64,000 nucleotides of DNA, from NCBI GenBank assembly GCA_973895155.1, contig OZ316891.1:19927048-19991047 (forward strand), given 5' to 3'. Origin of the DNA: Marsupella aquatica. Lineage: Eukaryota > Plantae > Marchantiophyta. The translations under genes and the position numbers were made by a program. Under the pieces are notes generated by a model. The model saw nothing but the letters and a program-made list of their open reading frames with translations. It ran no database searches and had not been told where the DNA came from. Below are positions 27,230 through 38,100 of this stretch, piece by piece; position 1 is the stretch's first letter, and each line of letters opens with the position of its first letter.

Positions 27230-29140
27230 TTTTTTTATTGCAACCTGGTGGCTACTATCTTGATGTCATATACATGGATGTTTGAAGACTCCAAGAGTTA
27301 AGTGAGTGTCTGAGTTGCATCAACTTTGGTCAATTCACATTGATTGTGGGGAGGTTGGTCATGGTTGGACTTTTATTACAGACAAGAATGAGCCTAGGAG
27401 GTCTTTTCCTATGATTACCCATCAATTTATCATTCCACCCTTTGTGCAGGCTCACCTATGCCTCCTTGGCTATTGTTGCAACACATATTGGCTTACATGT
27501 CCCTACTGCAACCCATTGGCATGACTTTCAAAGTGGTTGTGGCCGACTTGGGATGGATGGATAGCAACTATGAAACAACAATGGAATGAAAATAAAAGTC
27601 ATATGTGACAGCAGCTGAAGAATGACATTGAGCAGAGCCGAGCGGCTGACATTGGTAAGTAATTGACCGTTATGGACCCTACTTGATTTCTTTAGGTACT
27701 CAAGGGTCATGCTCTTCTTACCAATTTTTTATTTGATTTGATTTTCATATTTTTTATATGCTTTGTAATGACATACCCTGGGTTAGTAGTGTATTTAGAT
27801 ACTCGATGAGATTCTTCTTGGAGCGGGTATAATGATACCACATCTCTCCTCAATGTTGAAGATAATAGGGTAATTGAGATGGTTACAATTACCAGGAGAG
27901 AAGAAAGAAATGCTTGGCACATGGAGGACAAGGGTATTCAAAGGGCATTCATTTGGATAATTTGAGAGAGGCAGAGATCTCTATCACTGTGGTTATCCAT
28001 GATGACAAGGCCACTATTGATATCATTGTGGAGAACATGGGGATTAGAAACCAAAAGGACTTGTGGCATGAGGCCAAAAACCTTATCAAGAAGTTTGTGG
28101 AGAAAATGGTGAGTGTCACCTACATTGTGACCATTGACATTGATACAACCGCATTCCAATCTGAGTTGCAAGCAATTACTGCTAAGAAGTTACAGAATTG
28201 GTTGAAGGCTAGAGGTGTGAAAGGTTACTCTACCCTTTGGAAGGAAAAATTGGTCTATAAAGTTGGTGACATGAGTGGGGTGCCACTTGGAGAACTGATA
28301 CATATTCCAACACGTGGCCTCAAATACCCCAAGTTGTCTTAGCATAACATTGCCACAAAGCTCAAGACATGATTCTACATATATTATCGTTGGTGTAAGA
28401 GCAGGTATGCATAATGTTGGATAAGGTAAGAATTTTGGGTTTTAGATTTATAGGTGAATGTAGTAATTGTGGGATGAGTTTAGATGTTGTTTTACAAAAC
28501 TAAGTATACCAAAAATGTCCATTATGCAATAGGGGAGATGTTGCATCCTTGGCCTTTGAATTGGACAATTGTGGTGATCATTGGGCCGACGATCATAGAT
28601 TATGTCCAAGATTATTGGACCGACCATGTCAGTATCTTGAGGAGCCTGGAGCCATCCAACTTGACCGTTACTATGAGAATAGTAAATTTTGTGTTGACTT
28701 ATGTAAGTATGTTGTGAATTATGACTTAGTCAGGTAAACATGGTTGAATGTTATGCATAACTTATGATTGATTTTTTTTGTACATGTAGGTTGCAAAACT
28801 CATAAGGCCATGCAAAAATTCATGAAAAAATATATTACTCCCGAGAAGATGAGGTTATACCATGGCCTGGGAGAATTTCATGTCAGCTACCTACCATTTT
28901 GTCATGGGCAAATATGCAACAAAGCGCATTCATTTCTCAACCAATCATGAGGCCCGTTTGTGTTTTATTGCCATGGATTGAGACGAGAATATCAAAAGGC
29001 ATGTCTGGAAGATATATGATCACACACCTGTAAACACCACTTTCAAGGAGCACCCTCCTCAAACACGAGTATTGGTGGAGCGGATCTCTAGTTGGAAGGA
29101 CGCAAAAAGTGAGTGCATTTATGGAGTGCCACGTCCATGA
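27230..29140 (+). pseudogene. Decayed DDE transposase, Kolobok-like (C/DxxH class), intron-containing
   Basis: Manual reconstruction across stops and frameshifts: CHIHGC-x20-CGEVGH; LVVYLDTR*DSS...TTSLLNVEDNRVIEM...ERNAWHMEDKGIQRA (D at 27798); ISITVVIHDD (D at 28001); QKDLWHEAKNLIKKF; NCGDHWADDHRLC; ENFMSATYHFVMGKYATKRIHFSTNHEARLCFIAMD*DENIKR; stop at 29138-29140. Confidence 0.75.
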
Positions 29141-31235
29141 GGTAAAGAACTCCTTGGTATGATAACCAAGAGAAAAGATAAGGATATAGTATGTTCATAG
29201 AATTCTAATTAGACTAAGCTTTTTGCAGGATGATTTTTATGGTATCCTATTGAGACATTACCATCAAAGTATTATCTCCATATTTACCTTGGGCCCTCAG
29301 TCTTAACTAATACGTGGAGGACGTGTGAATGCTCGAAGGGTAGTTTTTATTCATTTTGAACTAATAATTATAATTATTACCTGTAATAAGGGAACTTTTA
29401 ATAGTAAAATGGAAATAACAAGGGGTAAACAGAAAAAGGGCCCGATTGTAAGGGGTCCACTTCTTTTACACGGAGTGAGGGCCCAGGGCATATTTAGCCA
29501 GCATACAAATGGAGTAACTGGGGGAGTAACGCCTCCATCTGAGATCTAAGCATATCTCATCTGAGTGGAAATTTGTCAATGATTCTTTGTATAGGGAAAA
29601 TTTATGTTTATGTACGTCCATCATAATATTTTATTCTTTGCTTTTGCAGGGGGCAATTCCTTTGAGGAGGGCTGAGACCTGGCACCTATAGTGTTTGAAC
29701 TTGTTTTGTGAGGTTTATCATGCTTAGACTTGAGGGGTACATTATGACAATTTTGACTGCTATGTCAGGTTTTGTGTTGAGTTTATAAAGTAATTTCAAG
29801 TGTCTTGCGTCCAAGTCCCATGAATTACACTGAGTGTATAACTTGGGCACCAGACCATGAAAAGTGACAAAAGAACCCCTAAAGTGAAGTGGAACAAAGA
29901 ATCCAAATGAAAAATGCAAAGTCTATTTCCCATAGAATGAACCCATTTTCACCTTTGGTTATCTTGGGTAGTGTCATGTTGTTCAATGTGGTTTTTGGTA
30001 TAACAAGTGTTCATTTCAGTTTGTGGTTTGAGTGGATGACTTTTAGGTAGTGTCAAGTTCTTCAATGTGGTTGTTGTAGACTTGTTGCATTTATTTGAGT
30101 TTGTGTTTTGTAGTCTCCGGTGGGAGTAAGTGGATCCGAGAAGCCTTGTTTTGCTGTTGTTTGGGGTGTAAGTTTAGTTTCCTTGTTTGTTTTTTGGGGC
30201 AGGAGTTGTACTCTTGCAAAGTGCTCCAAACAAAAAATGCATGGCATTTGTACAATGGCTCTATGAAGGAACTTTTTAGTGATGTAGTACTCCCAAGGAG
30301 AATTGAACCCCTTTCGTTGCCAGCCAAGAGGAGTTTTATTTTGCAAAAATGTCGATTAGTCCAGTAAAAGTTTATACAAGATGGAGACTGTAAAGACTGA
30401 ATGACGAGTTGGGCTGAGCTGATGGACTGTGTGCACTCAGGTCTGGGATTTCTTGGTTGTCGTTGCGGATTGATTCTGCTGCTGTGAACTACTGTCCTTT
30501 AACCTCCTACGTGGAGGTCTCGATTACTATCTTTGAAGCCAAACCTTGACTCTTTAGGCGCTCTAACGATGACGATCTAGAGCTTAGCTTAGATTAGGGT
30601 CTGCCTTCATCTTTTGCTGTCCCATCAAGGTACTAGGGGTTTTGCGCAGAGGAAGTGCTTGGGGGTGACCGTAAGGATGGGCTCGTCAAGGAGGTGACTG
30701 ATCAAGGCTTGCCTGCAACCGTGGACTTCTATCTGGACCAGAGCAAAAAGACGTGTCTGGACTTACTTACGGGGAGCTGGTTGCATGATTAGAGTGGTGG
30801 ATGTGAAGCTTCGTAATCCTCTCGGACCTCGCGGGGCTTTCGAAGATCCTTTTCACTTGGAGTTTGAGCTGTGAAGGTGTCGGATAGATGCTCCATATCT
30901 GTGATTGGACGAACTATTGGGAACTCTGACTTAGCCAAATACTGCTGTGCGAATAAGGAAAACGGGATCGAATGCATGGCACTGTTGACATTGCTGACGA
31001 CGTGCGATTCCTAGGGTAGAATGCCCTTGCTTGACTCAACGTGGCTTAACTCTGCGGGGCAAGGTGAGCTCGTGCCTTCCTCTTTCTTTGCCTGATTCAC
31101 GAATTTTCTTTATTCTTCTGAGCTTTGGAGCGAATCCCTTTCCGACGGCTGCCAATAGAAGATACCTTTGGTCCTCTACGTTAATTCTTATTGTTCTACT
31201 TTCTGTTACCGGTGGGGTCCTGATTGTGAGGCTCT

Positions 31236-33376
31236 ATGACGGGGTACCGGGGGGAAATTACTGGTGGCGGCCGCGGTGACCTCATGAGATACCCATCCCT
31301 CAGGAGGGATCCGGAAGGTGGTGTTGGGGACTGGTCGAATTCGGGCTCCCGTGCTGCTGAGAAGGGGGCACAACATCTAGCAGCTGATACGAGGCACTCA
31401 GAACGGACTGATGTTACTTTCTCTCATCAGGATGTTAGATCTGATGGAATTCCTGAGGGGAGATCGAATAGCAATCAGGTGATTACTGCTTCCACTTCTG
31501 CGGAAGCTAAACAGAGCTGGTTTGGATTACGTACCTTTGGCACCAATGCGGACGGATTTTCACGTTGCCCTGCCCCTATTCCGGATGAGAACACGATAAT
31601 GGACTCTCTGGAGGGACGGGGCAAGGCGGACTACGGGAAATACTTCCGCGAGGACATCGGCGAAAGGGATGAAGAAGATATGCTTATTGATCAATCGATC
31701 GATGCTACTCCACGTTTGAATGTCCCTGGCGCTCCTGACAGACCCTCTACGAGGGGACCTTTTGCATCTTCACAGACCCCTGCTCATGTACAAGCTGAGG
31801 AAGCTGAAGCATGTGTTCCCATTTTGAGAAAGATTGCCGATCTTTCCGTGCAAGACTGGCCTTCTAAACTGCATACCACTATCTCCTGGTCACTAGAAGA
31901 AGCTGTAGATACAGTGAAGGAGCTCTTTAATTGTACAATGATGTGTTATTTTACTGATAGGACTCCTATGTTACCCACCTTCAAATTCTGGGTGACTAAT
32001 ACCTTTGTGAAGGAGCAGCAGTGGCCTGTTTCCCAAGTGAAATTTGTGGGGAAAAATTTCTATATGGTGGTATTCCAGCATCCAGAACACCGGGATCTGG
32101 CGCTGGCTGGTGCCCCATGGTTTCTGGATCAAAAATTTGTTTTCTCTTTTCCTTGGGACCCTTTGTTTGATGTGCGAAATGAATCTTACACGATGCTGCC
32201 AGTGTGGATCGAAATTCCTTTCCGTGCTCTTGTGTTGGAGCCTTGCCGCAGGAGGTTGGCTTCTTCCCTTGGGGATATTTTACACTACATCCAGGGTGAT
32301 ATGTTGAGCTCCTACCCGCACGACCGGGCTTGTATACTATGGGATACTCAACGAGAGGTGCCATGGAGTGTTGAGGTGCAGATTAAGGTGGGCCTTTCCA
32401 TTTGGCAGCCTGTGATTTTTAAGAACATCCCCTTTCACTGCTATCGATGTCAAAAGAAGGGACATCTTGCACGGGACTGCCAACTTCACGAGGCACCTGC
32501 GGCCTCTGTTGAGGAGGATGTGCTGATCCCACCCCGTCTTCCTGCGTCTGACACTCCTAATCTGGTCACGAGGGTACCCCCGCCGACCTCTAGTGACTGT
32601 CGACGCTCTGAAGCTACACACACGGAGCTTACACCCATTGGTGAGTTGGCCATACCACTTCTCGATCCTGGTGAACTGCTTGATAACAAAATTGTGTTGT
32701 TTGGGAATGTTCCTTTAGATGATAGCCCCGGCCCCTCCGTGGTGATTGCTCGGGCTATTGATGAGTCTGCTGTAACCCTCAGTTTAGAAGTCACAGCTAC
32801 CCAGTTGCTATCGGATCAAGAAGAAATGCCCAGAGTCCTCCATGAATTACAACAGCTGAACATTGTTGCTCCCCTCGCACGTTTGGAGGCTCCTGAGGAG
32901 TCTGAACCGGACCCTTTGGCTCTGGCCCTTGTGTTACCAACTGAGACGCATCTTGAGCATATCCAGGGGGTTCTGAAGAAATGGATGAAGGCGATGAGGA
33001 GCTCTCTGCATCGGATATCCCCTCTGACATGGAGTTATCCGAATATGAAGGTTTCATATCTCGCACTGCTATTAAGAAGGAGCGGGCTAGGAAGCTGGCT
33101 AGGCGCTCACCACCTGACGAAAAGAAGGAGAGTGGCAAGAAGAAAGCCAAAAATCAACGATCCTTATAGTTCTCCTCTGATTCTCATGTGCAGGATGCTG
33201 AGGGTTGGGTGACGCCAGGACGCCGGCTCTCTCGGGAGATGAAACAGAAATCTGTTGTTTCTCCTCTCAGAGTTATGGCTCCTGTGCAGTCTACTACTTT
33301 CTCATCTTCACCCCCTGGTGGGATTTTACCTTCAGGAAGCATGGCTCCCCGGGGAGCTGGGTCTGGAGGCCTCTAA
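31236..33376 (+). pseudogene. LINE copy 1 ORF1 (DUF4283-type RRM plus CCHC zinc knuckle)
   Basis: VKFVGKNFYMVVF...GAPWFLD...LPVWIEIP and CYRCQKKGHLARDC. There is a frameshift near 32960 and a TAG at 33167; the shifted C-terminus matches ORF1 of copy 2. Confidence 0.88.
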
Positions 33377-33431
33377 CAACACCTGGTGACCTCTCCCCCT
33401 TGAATGTCATCCCTGGTGGAGAGGGAGGCTG

Positions 33432-35180
33432 ATGAAGATTTTTCGTTTTGCCTCATGGAATGTGTGTGGCCTATGCGATCCTGACCAAAAATTGGTAGTG
33501 GCCAAATGGATTTCTTCCCTACGTACTCCTCTGGATGCCCTGGCCCTGCAAGAGGTTAAAGCTGACAGCTTTCGTCTGGACATTGCACTCAGAACTATTT
33601 TACCTACTTACCACCACCTCTATTCTGCCCCAGATGAGGGTAGGGGAGGATCGGCTATTCTCCTCCACCCCTCCTTTACCGTTCTTTCTACCGGTTTGTT
33701 AGATAAGGGAAGTGCTGTATGGGCCCGGTTGGCGCATGCAGAGGGAAATTTTGGCCTGATATCAATATATGCACCGAATACTACGGGTGAGCGGATCTTG
33801 CTGTGGAACGACCTTCGAAATGAACTTCCTAGTGACCGCTGGATCCTCTGTGGGGATTTTAATATGACTGAACTTTGCTGCGATTCTACCGGCCTGTCCC
33901 CTCTGATTTCTGGTCAAGAGTGGGAGTTTTGGAGGTTTCTAAAAACTCACCACCCGAGATGAGCCCGGTGCTCCTGAGAGAGAGATCAGTTGCCCGCAGG
34001 ATGTTGAGCAGTCACACGCACTTTGCCCCTTCTGCCGGTGAAATCCGGAGACTTGCAGAGCTTCCATCCTTACAAGAATTACACAATTCATTGTTGTTGC
34101 TGCCTGCTGACAAAGCTCCAGGGGTGGACGGAATGACTGCGGAGGTGTTCAAGGCCTGTTGGGAGTTTATGAAAGTAGACTTTCACTGCATGGTCTATGA
34201 GTTTTGGAGGACGGGAGAGCTTGCACAATGCATCAAAGATGGGGTGATTTGATTCATCCCCAAAAAAACTGATAAAAGGAAACTAAGTGACTGGCGACCT
34301 TTAACTATGCTGACAACCACATACAAAATTATGGCTAAGTTGTTGGCTCTGAGATTGAAGGTGCTTCTCCCTAAGCTGATCAATCCTCAGCAAACTGGCT
34401 TTATCCCTGGTCGTCACATCTTAGAAAACATCTCTCTAACCTGGCTAATGAATGACTGGCTCAGCTACACAAAGACCCCTGCTCTCTTCCTCAAATTGGA
34501 TTTCGAAAAAGCTTTTGATCGGGTAGACCACTTGTATATCTGGGAAACAATGCACCTGCTAGGGCTTGGCCCTCATTTTATCTTTGTAGTTAAATCGCTC
34601 CTCAACAATGCAAGCTCCAAGGTACTTGTTAATGGACTCTGGACATCCAATGTTCGGATGCTTCGGGGTGTGAGATAGGGCTGCCCCTTGTCACCCTTAC
34701 TTTTTGCCCTCTCCACACAGCCGTTGATGGACTTTTTCAGTGCTGAAATCCATGCTGGTAGGCTACAAGGTATCCAGGTTTCTCGATCTCTGAATATCTG
34801 TTTCCGTCTTTTTGCTGACGACTTAGGTCTTTTTATCCCTGCTATGGAGGTGGCCTTCAATCAAGCTTGTGATGCAATCCATTGCTATGAGACTGCAACG
34901 GGAGCCAAGCTAAACCTGAGAAAATCTATTGTTATTCCACTCTCTTTGGATGTGATTCCTGATTGGCTGAAGGACTCCGGGTGCGTCATCAGTGAACCTG
35001 GTACCATCCAGAAGTATCTGGGTGCCCCTTTTGGGAGTAGATTATCGGAGAGTTAGTTGCACTGCTTCTGTCTTGATCGTATTGGATCTAGGCTTTCCTC
35101 TTGGTCAACACGCTTTTTATCTTTTACTGGCAGATTGCTACTTGTGAAGCATGTGTTGCAGGCCATTCCGGTGTACCACA
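33432..35180 (+). pseudogene. LINE copy 1 ORF2, 5' part (APE endonuclease, internal deletion, RT)
   Basis: ASWNVCGL, LALQEVK, SIYAPN, CGDFN; KAPGVDG, WRPLTML, KLDFEKAFDRV, RGVR*GCPLSP, LFADD. Stops at 34250, 34676 and 35054. Confidence 0.93.
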
Positions 35181-38100
35181 CACTAGTAGAAACCGGGGCA
35201 ATTTAGACCATACCTTATAGGACTAAGCCCACTAAGTCCTTTTTCCATACTTGAAACGACTCGCACCCATTGCACCAGTTTTGTTGAAGACTACAAAAGA
35301 CTATTAGTGTTTTATGGTTCACTAAAAGACTATGAGAAGTAACCTTGCTACTTTGTGAACGGTGAATAGTCTAGCACATCATGGGTAATGTTCACTTATG
35401 TTGAGGAGGGGTAATTCTGTAAAGAGGGAGATAGCAAGGGGCATAACTCAATAAATGGCCTTATTTGTGACAAAAAAGGTTTTGGAGTGAGGTTCATGGA
35501 GGGTGGACTACGGAGGGATCGATTACTAACTCCATCAATAAAAGGCCAAGATGCACAAAGGTAGATTTGTACCGGTCTCAAGGGGGTGTGGGTTTAGGGT
35601 TAGGGGGTTGTCCAGGCAAAGAACACTCGATTGAAATAGTGACGCAATGGTTTAGGGTAAAGGAACATGTTTAGGGACCCTAACTTGTTTGCTGCCTTGG
35701 GAGGATCTTGAGAGCCTGAGCTTGCAAGCGGCATGCACTCTAAAAATGGCCCTTGGCATTGCAAAGATAGTCTGGCCATAGTCGAGTTGTGAAGACGTTT
35801 AGGGGGTTTATATGTCAAGGCTAGGGGGTGGCTGGGTTTTCACTAAAGGGGGTTTAGGGGGGTTTGATGTCAAGGGTCGGGGGTTGCATGTTAAGGGGAT
35901 GGGGGTTTAGGAACCATTGGATCGTTGGCATCATGTCCATTGACATCATGTTCCCCATCATGTCCATTGACATCATATATGTCGGGAAAGATAATTGACA
36001 AATTATTCATGAGGGTAGGCAATTTGGACAATGTTCAATTGTGTTCAGGAGGGGTAATTGCATAAATTAAGAGGGTGATGACAAGGGGCATCACTCATTA
36101 AATGGCCTTATTTGTGACCAAAAGAGGTTTGGTTTAATGAAGTTCGATCACCACAGATATTTGCTAAGGCCAAAGTATTTGTTTAGCGACACTACACTAA
36201 GTTGTCACTCACAACACTTGAGTGAATGGAGGGGGTTTATGGAGGGTCAGGATAATCTTGCCGTTACCATGTCGGCAACACCAGTGACTTTGGTAAGGGT
36301 ATCCCAAGCTAGGGGCCTGTACCGCTTGCAGTACCGTTTGGACACCCGAGTCGCGCGACCGTTGGAAGGGAACAAGCCGGTTATGCAACTTTGCTTACAC
36401 TTAGCAGGTTGTTGATGTGTTTAGGGATCCCGCCACATTCCCAACTTGCGGAGCAAGGTTTATTGTGTTCTCTTGGTGGGATCGGGAGTTTAGGGATTGG
36501 AGCAAGGTTTTATCGTGTTCTCTCGATGGGATTGGGAGCTTAGGGATCGGAGCAAGGTTTTCCGTGTAATCTTGGTGGGAACGTCTCTACAGTGAGGTTT
36601 AGTGTTCCCATTTTCTTGTGGTCGGCTCTGTGGAATCCGAGAAGAGGGATCGGGAGTTTAGGGATGCTGCAATGACCGGCTCTCGAAGGGTGAGGTGAGA
36701 CAACCTATTCAACGCCCTTTTGCTGCACCCTTAAGCTGTTGAGCTGCCATTGAGCTGGTGAAGCTGCATGCGGGTTGCATCTGTTCTACGGGCGCACTAT
36801 CTGCCTGGTTTATGGATTGTGGACTTTGTGGGGAGCGACAATCGGTAACAACGTGAAGGCCATCAGAGGCTGGGCAAAGCAGTTTAGGGTGCTGTGGTCG
36901 AGGAGGAGCTCACCACAAATTGGGGAGAAGACGCGGGTGATGAGCTGGGGGCGGGGAGGAGCTGCAGTCAGGGAGGATACAGACCGTCTACAGAACGACT
37001 GGCAGTCGGAGCGGCGCAGGAGCTTAGAGTGGGCCAACGCCAGCTGAATACAAGCCATGAGTTGCATAAGGTGAGAGTCCAAGTTTTGTGTTGCTTTAGT
37101 GTTCGAGCAGCATGCTGCCATTTCAGCCATAGTGCACCGCCTTTGAAGCTCCCATTGTCAGGGCTGGTAAGACATCACGGCTACATTGCTTTTCTTTGTT
37201 GTCCTCTGTCTTTTTGTGGGGACAACCTACTTGATTTGAGTTGCGCAAATCATCATAAGTTAAGGCATGCGTCATGCCATCTGGATAGTGTGCCACCGAA
37301 CTGTGGGAGGATGAGCAACGCGTGGCTGTAAGCAGGTATTCTGTCAGCACAGGCGAGACTTCATTGTTAAAATCCTATTGCCTGCAATGTGTCTTGTAAT
37401 GTGTTTTTCCTCATTCAATCAGGAGCTGAGAAGGGTATTGTTAGGCTTCAATTACTCTGTGTTTTTCTCCAGCTCCATGGTACAGTTTGTGCTTTGTCTG
37501 GCGCCCATGCTCCGTCGATCGTAGAGCTAGGTCAACCGAGCTTTGAAGAGGGAGGCTGTGGGAGCTCCTTACTGTGCTGCAGCTGCTCTTCAATCAACGG
37601 TGTAGAGATTGTAGCTACGATCAGTGTTTGCGGAGCTGCCAGCCGGGTGCTTCGATAGTAGAGAAGAGCAGCCACAGTGATTCAGTCCTTCTCCTACGTG
37701 CAACCAAGGACCCCCTGTGCATCGTAAAGTGTGACCTCGGAGCTGAGCTGCGCACTGTCTCTATTACATGCCTTGTTGTTCTCTATTACATGCCTTGTTC
37801 TCCCGTCCACTATTTCCTGTGATTTTCTTTCTTCTAGAAGAGAATGGTGATTTCTTCTTCAATCAAACAAAACCCCACCCAACCACCACCCAAGAACGTG
37901 GGGTGCGCGCTTCTCAATCCTCCTCAAACTGGCCCCAAGTCTGCTGAAACCCCATATATTACCCACCGGCACCAAGGGTCCAGTCCCAACCCGTCTTCCG
38001 CTTGCCACCCTCCTCACTCTCTCGCGCATCTATCTCCCGATATTTCACGCACAGCCGAGCCCACCAAAAGTTCTCTCCCTACAATCCCTCCTAAATCAAC

